Shown: in pieces, positions 9,783 through 20,332 of the stretch
Numbering within the stretch: the stretch's first letter is position 1
Layout: each line of letters opens with the position of its first letter
Assembly (NCBI GenBank): GCA_963835575.1
Contig: CAWIGG010000005.1
Span: forward strand, 422,561-486,560
Origin: an uncultured Spirochaetota bacterium
GTDB taxonomy: Bacteria; Spirochaetota; Brevinematia; Brevinematales; JAOACQ01
Reading direction: 5' to 3'
Length of the DNA stretch: 64,000 nucleotides
Position numbers and translations under genes: made by a program
Notes under the pieces: generated by a model
The model's database searches: none
What the model saw: the letters and a program-made list of their open reading frames with translations, nothing else
Told to the model about the DNA's origin: nothing

Positions 9783-11060
9783 ATGCGGGTGGCCGTGCTG
9801 ACAATCGGCAATGAAATACTGGACGGGATCATTACTGAATCAAATTCTGTATTAATAGCAAATGAATTGGCGGCAATAGGTCTGGCTGTTCGGGAAAAAT
9901 TATCGGTAAGAGATGAAAGCAAAGATATTCAACAGGCCCTTAAATTTCTCTCAAAAAACGATATTATCATTATAACAGGCGGGCTGGGCCCTACGGAAGA
10001 CGATAAGACAAGGGAGTGCGTCGCGGGATTTCTGAAAAAGAAGCTGACAATGAACAAATCCCTGCTGAAGCATCTCAGCGTCCGCTTCATCAAGATGAAA
10101 AGACCCATGCCGGAGGAAAATAAAAAACAGGCTTATATAATAGAAGGCTCAAAGATCATACCAAATCCGCATGGTACGGCGCCCGGGTTTATCATAGAGG
10201 GGAAATGCCTTATCGCCGCTTTTCCCGGTGTCCCGTCGGAATTGAAAATGATGCTGCCTTTTTTTATAAAATATATCACCGGGCGGTTTCAGATAAAAGT
10301 GAAAAAATCAAGCGTTTATATTCAGACAATCGGCCTGGGGGAATCTTTTATTGATCAGGCCTTAAAAGACATCAATGACTCTTCCATTACTGTGGGTACG
10401 ATAGCCCATTTAGGGTGGCAGGTGACGCTCCGGCTTGATATCCCATCGCCTGATCCGGCGGCTGCTCTTGATAAGGCAAAAATAATCCTGAAGAAATTAC
10501 CTTATATTGAGAAAAAGGTTTTCGCTTATGGGAGCGCTTCCACAATCCAGGAAACTGTTTTAACAAAACTTGTGAACGGTAATAAAAAAGTGCTCTTTGC
10601 GGAGTCATGCACGGGCGGTCTTTTATCCAAGATTTTGACCGATGTTCCGGGTTCTTCTGAAGCGCTTTTCGGCAGTATTGTTGTTTATGACAACAGGCTT
10701 AAGAAAAAGCTCCTGGGCGTTAAGGAAAGCGTTTTAAAAAAACACGGAGCGGTGAGTTTTGAAACGGCTTACGCGATGACAGAAGGTCTGAAAAAAATAG
10801 CTCCCGCGGATTATAATGTTTCCGTAACGGGTATAGCCGGTCCAACAGGCGGTTCTAAAGAGAAGCCGGTGGGAACAGTCTTTATCGGTTTCGGCAAAAA
10901 AGGCCGGACTGCGGTCTACAGATTCCAGTTCGCAGGATTAAGGGAAAATATACGCTTAAGGACAGCCATGAAGGTGTTTGAAATGCTCTGGGAAGACCTT
11001 ACTTACGGGGTGGTTGACATTTCCAGTCATTATGGAATAATTGACAGCAGGATTTATTAA
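9783..11060 (+). CDS. cinA: CinA family protein (MoCF-like domain + PncC NMN deamidase)
   Basis: IGNEILDG, TGGLGPTEDD, AESCTGG, TGIAGPTGG; start moved to ATG 9783 after the AAGGAG RBS. Confidence 0.92.
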   Translation: MRVAVLTIGNEILDGIITESNSVLIANELAAIGLAVREKLSVRDESKDIQQALKFLSKNDIIIITGGLGPTEDDKTRECVAGFLKKKLTMNKSLLKHLSVRFIKMKRPMPEENKKQAYIIEGSKIIPNPHGTAPGFIIEGKCLIAAFPGVPSELKMMLPFFIKYITGRFQIKVKKSSVYIQTIGLGESFIDQALKDINDSSITVGTIAHLGWQVTLRLDIPSPDPAAALDKAKIILKKLPYIEKKVFAYGSASTIQETVLTKLVNGNKKVLFAESCTGGLLSKILTDVPGSSEALFGSIVVYDNRLKKKLLGVKESVLKKHGAVSFETAYAMTEGLKKIAPADYNVSVTGIAGPTGGSKEKPVGTVFIGFGKKGRTAVYRFQFAGLRENIRLRTAMKVFEMLWEDLTYGVVDISSHYGIIDSRIY

Positions 11061-11080
11061 AAAATTAACCGGCAAAATCA

Positions 11081-11205
11081 GCCACAGAATTTCACGGAAT
11101 AACACTGATTTTTAAAGTTTTTTTAATTAAAAATTCAAAGAATTTATTTTAAGATTTAAAATTTCTTAAAACTTCCTTCCGTGTACTTCAGTGTGATTCT
11201 GTGGC
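11081..11205. repeat. Intergenic inverted-repeat element built from ~10-bp CACRGAAT units
   Basis: GCCACAGAAT TTCACGGAAT AACACTGAT ... TTCCGTGTAC TTCAGTGTGA TTCTGTGGC around an AT-rich spacer. Confidence 0.75.
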
Positions 11206-11284
11206 AGTTTTTTTATGCATAATTGTAAACTTTGACTTATGCCGGCACAGCCTTTAAAATTTTAACTCTGAGGAGCTTTAAATA

Positions 11285-11599
11285 ATGAAAATACTGAAAT
11301 ATCTATTTTTTATTCTTGCCATTCTTATTTTTGAAGTCGTATTATCATATCTGCTTTTTCTTTTTTCCAATTCTTCGAAAACACTCTATGTTCTTTTTTC
11401 CCTCGCGGTATTATTATCACTATTTTTATACCTGATGTACGGCCGTTACAGGGAAAGTATTAAAATTCATGAAAAAAAGGTAGTATTAGGCAAATACACA
11501 AAACGGGCCCTGCTGTTTTCTTTTATCGTATTAATTTTACTGGTTATAATCATTATAATAACAGCCGGAGCATTTATTTTTAACAGCTTTTTAAAATAA
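11285..11599 (+). CDS. Small hypothetical membrane protein (3 TM)
   Basis: GAGGAG RBS, three hydrophobic segments. Confidence 0.7.
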   Translation: MKILKYLFFILAILIFEVVLSYLLFLFSNSSKTLYVLFSLAVLLSLFLYLMYGRYRESIKIHEKKVVLGKYTKRALLFSFIVLILLVIIIIITAGAFIFNSFLK

Positions 11600-11629
11600 T
11601 TATCAGCTGACATTTTTGGATTTTAACAG

Positions 11630-12514
11630 ATGAATAAAAAAAAGACCCTGGGTTTACTCTGGAAGGAATGGAAAAATTATCTAAAAAATAAAGGTGTGCC
11701 TTCGCCGGATATCGATGTCAATTTTATCATTTCACACCATCTCCGTATGAAACCTTATGAAATTGCTTTGAAAAAGGACCGGCATATCCCGATCTGGGAG
11801 CGTTTATTGATAGACCGTTCCATCAGGGAGCGCGGCAAATTTAAACCGGTCGCTTATATTCTGGGTTATAAATATTTCTACAGGGACAAATTTCTTGTCA
11901 ATAAAAAAACGCTCATTCCCCGCGCTGACACAGAACATCTTCTATATGCGGCCGAAGAAGCGGAATATCCCTTTAAAAACATCCTGGAAATCGGCACGGG
12001 CAGCGGCGCCATAGCCGTATCGCTTTCCAGACTTTTCCCCGCCGCATGTATCACGGCGCTTGATATGGAAACTTCTATTGCGGGGAAAAATATTAAAAGG
12101 CTTAAAATAAAAAATATCCGTCTTTTAAAGGAAGATTTTTTTAAATATCCGGACAGGATGAAAAAAAAAGACAGCGAAGATAAGAATTTGAAGGGCAATA
12201 ATCCCCTCTATGATCTGATCATTTCCAATCCGCCTTATCTTTCGAAACTTGATCTGAAAAATCTGGGCAGGGACGCGCTTCTTTATGAACCGATGCGGGC
12301 TTTTTACGGAGGGGAAGACGGGCTGGATTTTTATAGAGGCATTGCCGGATTTGCGCTTGATTTTTTAATAAAAGAAGGTTTTATCATTGTTGAAACAGAT
12401 TATAAGTGGGAAAAGGCTGTCGGAATATTTAAAGATGCGGGTTTTTCAAAAATAAGTGTAAAGAAAGATTATAACGGTCTGGAAAGAGTAATAACGATAA
12501 AGAAAGATTTTTGA
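11630..12514 (+). CDS. prmC: Release factor glutamine methyltransferase
   Basis: PVAYILG, LIPRADTE, LEIGTGSGAI, SNPPY, GGEDGLDFY. Confidence 0.93.
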   Translation: MNKKKTLGLLWKEWKNYLKNKGVPSPDIDVNFIISHHLRMKPYEIALKKDRHIPIWERLLIDRSIRERGKFKPVAYILGYKYFYRDKFLVNKKTLIPRADTEHLLYAAEEAEYPFKNILEIGTGSGAIAVSLSRLFPAACITALDMETSIAGKNIKRLKIKNIRLLKEDFFKYPDRMKKKDSEDKNLKGNNPLYDLIISNPPYLSKLDLKNLGRDALLYEPMRAFYGGEDGLDFYRGIAGFALDFLIKEGFIIVETDYKWEKAVGIFKDAGFSKISVKKDYNGLERVITIKKDF

Positions 12515-12623
12515 TGTTTAAACCGTCTTATACTATAATGTTAATAATTAATTAGCGTTCGGCGGTTGCAGTCCGGGTTCATTTTTTTCGTACGGTATTA
12601 CAACCGTTTTTGGAGTTGCTTTT

Positions 12624-13250
12624 ATGTCATATACAATTGCTCTTCCGAAGGGACGGCTGGGGAAAGAAGCGGAACTTCTTCTGCTGAAATGCGGCATTAT
12701 GGAATCGCCTATTCCAGGGGATTCCCGGAAATTGATTTTTTCTGTGAGCAGGGATATAAAAATTCTTCTTCTCAGGGCCTGGGATGTCCCGGCTTATATA
12801 GAGACAGGCACTGCGGATATCGGGATCTGCGGAAAAGATGATCTGATTGAACATGATGCGGATTTAATAGAGCTTCTTGACCTCGGCTTTGGAGTGTGTA
12901 AAATGGCTGTTGCGGCTAAAAAGAACAGGACAAAGGAAGAGATTTTTTCAAGGTCTTATTTGAAAGTCGCTACAAAATACCCGGGTATAGCCAGAAAGTT
13001 CTTTTCCTCAATTTCTGTTCAGGCAGAGATCATAAAATTATACGGTTCTGTCGAATTGGCCGCTGTCACAAACATGAGCGACTGTATTGTCGATATTGTT
13101 TCAACAGGCAGTACTCTCAGGGAAAACGGGCTTTCTATTATAGAAACACTTTTTACATCGAGCGCAAGAATCGTCGTAAACAGAGCAGCATATTACAGGG
13201 ATCTGGAATTTATAAATAGTTTTATGAGAAAAATCCGGGCAGTAATATAA
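12624..13250 (+). CDS. hisG: ATP phosphoribosyltransferase, short form
   Basis: IALPKGR, VATKYP, LYGSVELA, IVDIVSTGSTLRENGL. Confidence 0.95.
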   Translation: MSYTIALPKGRLGKEAELLLLKCGIMESPIPGDSRKLIFSVSRDIKILLLRAWDVPAYIETGTADIGICGKDDLIEHDADLIELLDLGFGVCKMAVAAKKNRTKEEIFSRSYLKVATKYPGIARKFFSSISVQAEIIKLYGSVELAAVTNMSDCIVDIVSTGSTLRENGLSIIETLFTSSARIVVNRAAYYRDLEFINSFMRKIRAVI

Positions 13251-13265
13251 AGAAGGTTATGCAAT

Positions 13266-13856
13266 ATGCGGGAAATATTATTGAGCTTTATAGTTTTATT
13301 AATTATTCATTTTACTTCTGTTCTCTCTTTTGGAGAAACAAATGCGTCATATTCGCGGTTGAATCATTTCGGTATAGGGATCAAAGCCGATGCCAATTTC
13401 AGCCAGCTTCCCAATGATTTTAAATTCGGGATCTGCGTGAACAGTCCGTATTTCCTGGATAATTGGGTCGCCTTGAGATTAGAAGCGGATTATGGATTAA
13501 TGAGTGGTATTCAAACCACTTCTATTTATTCAAACGAGACCTGGGCCAACTATACTCTATACAAAGCAGGTATAGTTTTTGTGGCCAGCCAGAATGCAGA
13601 TATATTAAGGCCTTATATCGAAGCGGGTTTGATCGGCGTCATTCCTTCTTCTGATTTTACCGATGAAAAATTCGCATGGGGAACATATGGGCTTTTGGGA
13701 ATGGACCTGATGCTGAACCCGGGGGATCTTTTCGGCTTCTTTTTTGAATTCGGAGCGGCGGGTCTTATATTCGGCGGTGATACCAGTAAATTCAGCAATA
13801 AGCCGGTTTATGTTAACGGCATAATCATTTCTATTGGATTGCGTTATTATTTGTAG
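13266..13856 (+). CDS. Outer-membrane beta-barrel protein
   Basis: Signal peptide, amphipathic strands, C-terminal GLRYYL. Confidence 0.7.
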   Translation: MREILLSFIVLLIIHFTSVLSFGETNASYSRLNHFGIGIKADANFSQLPNDFKFGICVNSPYFLDNWVALRLEADYGLMSGIQTTSIYSNETWANYTLYKAGIVFVASQNADILRPYIEAGLIGVIPSSDFTDEKFAWGTYGLLGMDLMLNPGDLFGFFFEFGAAGLIFGGDTSKFSNKPVYVNGIIISIGLRYYL

Positions 13857-13884
13857 GCCTGTCAAAATTAAGAGGCTCTTTATC

Positions 13885-14901
13885 ATGCGGAAAAAGAATA
13901 CAATTATTTTTAATAATATCCTGTCTGATAGAAAGGAATTAAAAAAAGCCGCCGGCATTCTGAGAGAAGGAGGAACTGTCGTTTTCCCGACTGAGACTGT
14001 TTACGGGCTGGGCGCGGATGCTTATAATGAAGAGGCTGTAAAAAAAATTTTTACGGCAAAAGGAAGGCCCGCAGATAATCCTTTGATAGTTCATATTTTT
14101 AATTCTAAAAAGCTCTCACAGGCCGCGGATGATATAACTCCAGCCGCTTACGTTCTTTTTGCAGAATTTTCACCGGGTCCATTGACCCTTGTATTAAAAA
14201 AAAACAGCCGGATACCGGATATAGTGACAGCGGGGCTTGAAACTGCCGCGGTCCGCATCCCTTCTCATCCGATAGCCAGAGCATTGCTTAAGGAATGCTC
14301 TTTACCTATTGCCGCTCCTTCAGCCAACCGGTCGGGGCGTCCGAGCCCGACAACCTTTGAAATGGCATTTTCAGAAATGGAAGGAAGGGTTGATGCCATA
14401 ATAAACGGCGGTGATTGCGAAATAGGTTTGGAATCGACGGTTGTTTACCTGGAAGAGAAAAAGCTTCATATTCTCCGGCCGGGCGCTGTCACAGAAGATA
14501 TGCTTAAAAAAGCGCTCGCTTCATATCGCGATATGGAAGTAATATCTTCAGAAGCGCATTTTAATAAACCTCTTTCACCCGGCACAAAATACAGCCATTA
14601 TAAGCCTTCCGCGGATGTATTTATGGCGGACCGGATCGACAATGCGAAAATCATGTTAAATTTTCCAGGTAAAAAAATCGGCCTGATTATAATAGGAAGC
14701 GGCGGTGCTGTTCCGTCCGGAATGAGTGTGATCTGTTTCAAAAATATCAGGGAATATGCGCGCGGATTATACAAAAGCTTTGCCGAACTGGACGGGGAAG
14801 GCATGGATATCATAGTTACGCAGATTGTGAAGGACAAAGGCCTGGGAAAGGCGGTCATGAACCGTCTGTTTAAAGCAAGCGGTGGACGATTTATTAAATA
14901 A
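13885..14901 (+). CDS. sua5: L-threonylcarbamoyladenylate synthase (Sua5/TsaC2)
   Basis: FPTETVYGLGA, KGRPADNPLIVH, APSANRSGRPSPT, PG.KYSHY.P linker plus SUA5 domain. Confidence 0.93.
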   Translation: MRKKNTIIFNNILSDRKELKKAAGILREGGTVVFPTETVYGLGADAYNEEAVKKIFTAKGRPADNPLIVHIFNSKKLSQAADDITPAAYVLFAEFSPGPLTLVLKKNSRIPDIVTAGLETAAVRIPSHPIARALLKECSLPIAAPSANRSGRPSPTTFEMAFSEMEGRVDAIINGGDCEIGLESTVVYLEEKKLHILRPGAVTEDMLKKALASYRDMEVISSEAHFNKPLSPGTKYSHYKPSADVFMADRIDNAKIMLNFPGKKIGLIIIGSGGAVPSGMSVICFKNIREYARGLYKSFAELDGEGMDIIVTQIVKDKGLGKAVMNRLFKASGGRFIK

Positions 14902-14915
14902 AAGTTGAGTTGATT

Positions 14916-14971
14916 CCACAGATTACACAGATTGTGATTTTGAATATCAATGAAATCTGTGAAATCAGCGG
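14916..14971. repeat. Short inverted-repeat element of 9-bp CACAGATT units
   Basis: CCACAGATTACACAGATT ... AATCTGTGAAATCAGCGG between convergent genes. Confidence 0.65.
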
Positions 14972-15025
14972 TTCCGCCCTTTATACATACAGGGAATAAT
15001 ATCTTTCAATTTTTCAATATTAATT

Positions 15026-16714
15026 TTAAAATTTTATTCTTTTCAAAACCCTGTTGCTGCCTTTAATAGTTTTAATGAGATCAAAAACAACAATAATGAT
15101 GGCGGCCAGCATAAAAAATGGCACATACGCCATTGGAATTGATTCCTTTCCGAAAATGAATGGACCGTAGCTGAAGAACGAACCCAGCTGGACCAGGATC
15201 GCTACGATAAAATAAGCGGGAAAATAGAAAGCATAAGCGATTGAAAAGACGTCCGCAGGGAAAAAATACCTTTCATGCATGGATGGAAGGGTAAACGGGA
15301 TGATCAGCAGGAAGAGCAGGGACAGCTTAATGATTATCTCTTTTGTGACCCTGACTTTATTGACGAACAGCAGATAAAAGACCAGCAAGACAACCGATAA
15401 TGAGAGCGTCACCCCGGCATAAAGGAAAATTTGATCGTTGGAGAACCATTGATAAAGATTCGGCGCGTATAATGTCAATTGGGTATTATAAGTACTGGTT
15501 TGATGGACATAAATCATGAATAAATCGGTCAGCGGCCTTCCTAGAAGGGCATTGGGCAGAATAAACACAATATAGCAGACCGGTATGATAAACAGGTATT
15601 TGAAATGGAACTCGTTTTTAATCAGCAGGGCTATATAAAGAGGCAAAAGGAAAACCGCCTGCAGTTTAAGCGAAAAAGCGATTCCGTAGAAAACAAAAGC
15701 GGAAAAATGTTTTTTCTCGATCATAGCCAGGACTGAAGCCAGAAGAAAAGCTGTGAAGATGCTGTCGCACTGGGCCCAGTATGCGCCGTTTAAAAAGACC
15801 GTCGGTAAAAAGAGCAGGATGGAAAATGATATGACGGTCAGCCATTCCTTATTGAATTTTTTCTGTATGATCTTCGCGATTAAAGCTGCGCAGATAAAAT
15901 CAAAAATGACGGATATCATTTTCAGAGAATAAATGTCCTGGAACGGAAGGTAGGTGATAAAAGCCATAATATAAAGATAAGGCGGAGTATAATCAGAAAA
16001 GCTGTTTTTAAGCGCTAAAAAACCTCCGTTATTCCGGATCTGGGAGAGCCATGGGGAGAGGAAATTTCCGAAATCCCCGGATATTTCATTAAACATGAAC
16101 AATCTGAGAATAAAACCCAGAGTCATAAATAGTAATAGAGCCAGAACATTTTCTATTTTCTTCAGATTCATAATTTTCAAAATTATTGTATAAAATATGA
16201 TGCCTGATGCGAGCAAGAAAATTGTTAAATACATGAAATAACCGATGTCCCGGAAAGTATTTTCCACTTTCAAACCTGTTTTGCCGCCGTTATCAAATAC
16301 TTTTATTTCTATTTGATTCTCGCCGTTAGTGAGATATTTGCCCAGATTAAAATTAAATCCGTTCATCCAATCCCTGAGTGAAACCGGATTAATGTCGTTT
16401 AGAAAAGTGTCTTTACCGTTTACTTTAATATAAGTAACGCCGTCATCAGGAATGATCCTGACCCATTTCTGGGAAAAAATATTAAAATGAACTATTCCTG
16501 AATAAGTGTATTCCTTGATATTCTCATTCGATGGGATGTTAAAAGGAAGAGTGTTTTTTTGAGTATTCCCGGATGAATCTGTTATATTAACGGTTGTTAA
16601 TTTAATGGAAGTGATATTCATCAGGACAATCGTAAGTATGATAATGATACCGAGAATAAAATATAAATTTTTCAGTATCTTGAAAAGCGAATCTTTGAGT
16701 AAATGCATGTTCAT
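15026..16714 (-). CDS. Polytopic GT-C glycosyltransferase (mannosyltransferase-like) with an N-terminal extracytoplasmic domain
   Basis: DYTPPYLY, NGAYWAQCDS, KLQAVF, MHERYFF, many TM helices. Confidence 0.8.
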   Translation of the reverse strand: MNMHLLKDSLFKILKNLYFILGIIIILTIVLMNITSIKLTTVNITDSSGNTQKNTLPFNIPSNENIKEYTYSGIVHFNIFSQKWVRIIPDDGVTYIKVNGKDTFLNDINPVSLRDWMNGFNFNLGKYLTNGENQIEIKVFDNGGKTGLKVENTFRDIGYFMYLTIFLLASGIIFYTIILKIMNLKKIENVLALLLFMTLGFILRLFMFNEISGDFGNFLSPWLSQIRNNGGFLALKNSFSDYTPPYLYIMAFITYLPFQDIYSLKMISVIFDFICAALIAKIIQKKFNKEWLTVISFSILLFLPTVFLNGAYWAQCDSIFTAFLLASVLAMIEKKHFSAFVFYGIAFSLKLQAVFLLPLYIALLIKNEFHFKYLFIIPVCYIVFILPNALLGRPLTDLFMIYVHQTSTYNTQLTLYAPNLYQWFSNDQIFLYAGVTLSLSVVLLVFYLLFVNKVRVTKEIIIKLSLLFLLIIPFTLPSMHERYFFPADVFSIAYAFYFPAYFIVAILVQLGSFFSYGPFIFGKESIPMAYVPFFMLAAIIIVVFDLIKTIKGSNRVLKRIKF

Positions 16715-16764
16715 AGAGGGCTCCTTCCTTTTATTAGTAATATTAAACCGGATTTTTCAAACAT

Positions 16765-18654
16765 TCAAAAAAGTAAAGAAATAAAAAATACGGCGCTGAA
16801 CATGGAGAAGAGCAGTCCCATGCCGTAACCCGCGTATTCCAGTTTTTTCCAGCCTCTTTTTTTATACTCTGAAATACTGAAAGTGAATAAATAGATAAAA
16901 GAAATTAAAACGGGAAGAATCAGGCGGAAATCATTGCTGCCGGATGCCGGCATGGAAATTCGGAACAGCGCCGCGCCGGAGAGTAAAACAAAAAGATTTA
17001 CCAGCATAACGCCGTTGAATAATAATTTTTTATAATCCATCAGCAATAATCCGCCCAGCATATAGACGATCATCCAGAGATAGAAATAACTCATCAGGGC
17101 GGCCATATTGACGGAAACCGGGTTTATAAATTTAAATTCCCCTGCGAGGCTGGTTTTTAAAAGATAATTCCAGAAATACTGCCTGCCGCCTCTATCCTCC
17201 AGGGGATAAACATAAGGCTCATTGATGAAGTCTGAAATATTGAAAAAGAGATAATTCCTGGCCGAATTCCCGACTTCTTCCGATTTTAAGCCTCCGCTGC
17301 CGGGGACAGTCGCGTTAATTTTTTCGCCTCTGATCCCGCCGATCACTCTATTCCCAAAAGTGACAGCAAACCCGGCGATGAATATAAGGCCGAGAAACAG
17401 AGCGGTTTTAAGGTAAGAGGCGTATTGCCTGTCGCGGAAAAAATGATAGATGTATGTTATGGCGATGATGATAAAAAGGAGAAACCCGCTGTCTTTTGTA
17501 ATCAGCGTCAGTACCGCGAAAAGAACGGAAAGGTATATTTCTTTTACCTTTTTTGAATTATTCCAGGAGAAAAGATAATAGAGACTGACTGCAAAGAGTA
17601 AATAAAAGAGGCAGTCATTCCCGATCCTGACGGAATGGATAATGGATGAAGGCCAGAAAGCGGCGAGGAGTGAAGAGAGGATGAGCATCAATCTCAAACT
17701 GCTTTTGGAATAGGAGATGATTTTTCCCTGCCGGCCGGGCAGTATGTCCGAGGCTTTATTGTTTTCGAATGGGTTGTTTTGGAATACTTTTTTAATAAAA
17801 AGATAAGAGACAATCATAAAACCTATGGAGATCAATAAAGAAAAACATTGAAGAATAAAATAAGCGGCATATTTATCAGCTGTAAATAAAGCCGAGATTT
17901 TGTAGATAACAGCCGAAAGGATATAATAAAGCGGAGGCTGGTAAGTCTCTGGGCCCAAATTGGCTGGAGGCAGCCAGAAATGCGCGGCGATATATTCGAT
18001 ATACCCTATATGCCCGCCGGGGTCATAGCTCCGCACATCGAAAGGCGTTACCAATAAATAGAGGACACGTATCAGAATACCGGATATTAAAATCCAGAGT
18101 ATCACATTGTCTTTAGAGCGGCGCTTAAAGAGGGAGAAAAAAAGATAAGCGGCGATGAAAAGCAAAAGAAATATGGGGACTATGAACTTTAAATCGCTGG
18201 TTGATCTTTCTATTTTAAGCCCGGTTTGTCCTCCGGGGTTTTTTATAGTGAATTCAAATTCATTTTCCCCGGACCGCAGGTACCGCCCGATATTATATTG
18301 GGATCCATTTTCCTTGTTAAACAGAATGTCACGGGAATAATCTTCTAAAGGCAGGTTGTTCCCGTTGAGTTTAATAACCATGATGCCGCCGGCGGTGATA
18401 TGCAGGACATCGGGCGAGAAAAAGGGATCATAATGAATAATTCCCTTTATGACATAATCAATCTGAGACGCTTCAGCCGAATAGGGCAGTTTTACAGCCT
18501 GAACATTCCCATTTTTTCCGACTATGGCTGTGTCTGTTATCCGGATATTCTCTTGAAACAGGTAGATAATTAATAATACAGCAATGATAAAAAGATAAAT
18601 GTACGGTTTTAATAAAAGCTTTATGAAAAATTCTTTTGTGTTTTTCTTTTCCAT
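16765..18654 (-). CDS. ArnT/PMT-like (GT-C) glycosyltransferase with an N-terminal extracytoplasmic domain
   Basis: YDPGGHIGYI, YQPPLYY, GND, LITK.SG, DFRLILP; many TM helices. Confidence 0.78.
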   Translation of the reverse strand: MEKKNTKEFFIKLLLKPYIYLFIIAVLLIIYLFQENIRITDTAIVGKNGNVQAVKLPYSAEASQIDYVIKGIIHYDPFFSPDVLHITAGGIMVIKLNGNNLPLEDYSRDILFNKENGSQYNIGRYLRSGENEFEFTIKNPGGQTGLKIERSTSDLKFIVPIFLLLFIAAYLFFSLFKRRSKDNVILWILISGILIRVLYLLVTPFDVRSYDPGGHIGYIEYIAAHFWLPPANLGPETYQPPLYYILSAVIYKISALFTADKYAAYFILQCFSLLISIGFMIVSYLFIKKVFQNNPFENNKASDILPGRQGKIISYSKSSLRLMLILSSLLAAFWPSSIIHSVRIGNDCLFYLLFAVSLYYLFSWNNSKKVKEIYLSVLFAVLTLITKDSGFLLFIIIAITYIYHFFRDRQYASYLKTALFLGLIFIAGFAVTFGNRVIGGIRGEKINATVPGSGGLKSEEVGNSARNYLFFNISDFINEPYVYPLEDRGGRQYFWNYLLKTSLAGEFKFINPVSVNMAALMSYFYLWMIVYMLGGLLLMDYKKLLFNGVMLVNLFVLLSGAALFRISMPASGSNDFRLILPVLISFIYLFTFSISEYKKRGWKKLEYAGYGMGLLFSMFSAVFFISLLF

Positions 18655-18685
18655 ATTACTGACATTATCTCCCGAATGGATTTTC

Positions 18686-18729
18686 TTAAGGGCAGTTCTA
18701 AAAACTCAAATTTTTGGGACTGCCCTTAA
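18686..18729. repeat. GGGCAGTTC palindromic miniature element flanked by TTAA
   Basis: TTAA GGGCAGTTCTAAAAACTCAAATTTTTGGGACTGCCC TTAA; same ends as 9449-9652. Confidence 0.7.
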
Positions 18730-19099
18730 TTGGTTTTTCATCATATCATTTCCGGTTAATCTGCTGTATCCAAGAATGCCGATTAAAAACAATTCAATTA
18801 CTTTAGCGGTGCATCCTGTTTTTCTGATGAGATATCAATAAACCGGGATCCCTGCTGAGACGCTTTCAGAATTTCAAGGCTGCTGCGATCTCTAATAACC
18901 GGCACACCTCTTAAATTGATAAATATTTTACTCTTCAATTTTAAAAATGGCAAATCCCTCACCAGTTTGTTTGCTTCACTGGCGGGCCTGACAAACCGGC
19001 GAGGGATGATTGAGCCGGGTTGATTTTAATATTTTATTCATTTATAATTGATAGTCGCCTTTTTTATTATTAATATTCATTTAAATTTGAGGACTAATT

Positions 19100-20332
19100 A
19101 TGCCGCGGAAATTTATCCCTTTTTCGCCGCCGGATATCACCAGGCTTGAGATTAAAGAAGTGATCGATACTTTGAAATCAGGCTGGATCACGACCGGACC
19201 TAAAGTGAAAAAATTCGAAGAAATGCTCCGCCGCTATTGCTCCGTGAAAAAAGCGGTCTGCCTGAGTTCGGCGACTGCGGGCCTTGAGCTGATTTTAAGG
19301 CTTTTTGAAATCAGCGAGGGTGATGAAGTCATCACAACGCCTTATACATACGCAGCCACGGCCAATGTCATCCTTCATACTGGAGCCAGGCCGGTATTTG
19401 TTGATGTTAAAAAAGGGGGATTTAATATCGATCCGGATGCTGTGGGCAGAGCGCTCACACCGCGGACAAAAGCCGTTATCAGCGTGGATTTCGGCGGCTT
19501 GCCCTGCGATTATGACAGGATCAAGGAAGTACTCGATCAGTATAAAAATAATTATAATCCCAAAAAGGGCACTCTTCAGGAAAAACTGCAGAGGCCCCTG
19601 TTCCTGTCGGACGCCGCCCATTCCTTCGGCGCGGAATATAAAGGGAAAAAACTCGGGGGCTGCGCCGATTTCACAGTCTTTTCATTCCATGCCGTTAAGA
19701 ACCTCACGACGGCGGAAGGCGGGGCCGTTGTCTTTGATGGTTTTGAGAATGACGGCGGGGAAGAGATAGAAAAAACATTGCGCCTGCTGCTTCTGCATGG
19801 GCAGAGCAAGGACGCATTGTCCAAGATGCAGCTTGGCTCCTGGCGTTATTCGATTGAACTGCCGGGGTATAAATATAATATGACCGACATCCACGCGGCG
19901 CTCGGGATCGCCCAGCTCAGAAGATTTGAAAAAGAGATGATCCCAAATAGAAAAAAAATCGTACAGATCTATAAGAAAGAATTCGGGGATGATGAGCGGC
20001 TGTTGCTGCCGGTTTTTAAAGATAAGGACAGGGAATCATCCTATCATCTTTATCCCCTGCGCCTCCGGTACGCGGGTGAAAAAAAGCGGGATTGGCTGAT
20101 AGAGGAAATGGCAAAAAATAAAATCGCTTTAAATGTTCATTTTATACCGGTGGTGATGCATCCGGCCTATACCCGGCTGGGTTATTCCATTAATAATTAT
20201 CCCAATACCTATAATGCCTATCAAAGCGAGGTCAGCCTGCCCCTTTATTCGACCCTTACGGCCAAAGACGCTCGCACTGTATGCTGTGAATTAAAAAAAG
20301 CCCTCGATTTGCTTGAAGGATTTGTTGTATGA
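19100..20332 (+). CDS. DegT/DnrJ/EryC1/StrS sugar aminotransferase
   Basis: SGWITTGP, DAAHSFG, FSFHAVKNLTTAEGG, GYKYNMTD. Confidence 0.93.
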   Translation: MPRKFIPFSPPDITRLEIKEVIDTLKSGWITTGPKVKKFEEMLRRYCSVKKAVCLSSATAGLELILRLFEISEGDEVITTPYTYAATANVILHTGARPVFVDVKKGGFNIDPDAVGRALTPRTKAVISVDFGGLPCDYDRIKEVLDQYKNNYNPKKGTLQEKLQRPLFLSDAAHSFGAEYKGKKLGGCADFTVFSFHAVKNLTTAEGGAVVFDGFENDGGEEIEKTLRLLLLHGQSKDALSKMQLGSWRYSIELPGYKYNMTDIHAALGIAQLRRFEKEMIPNRKKIVQIYKKEFGDDERLLLPVFKDKDRESSYHLYPLRLRYAGEKKRDWLIEEMAKNKIALNVHFIPVVMHPAYTRLGYSINNYPNTYNAYQSEVSLPLYSTLTAKDARTVCCELKKALDLLEGFVV

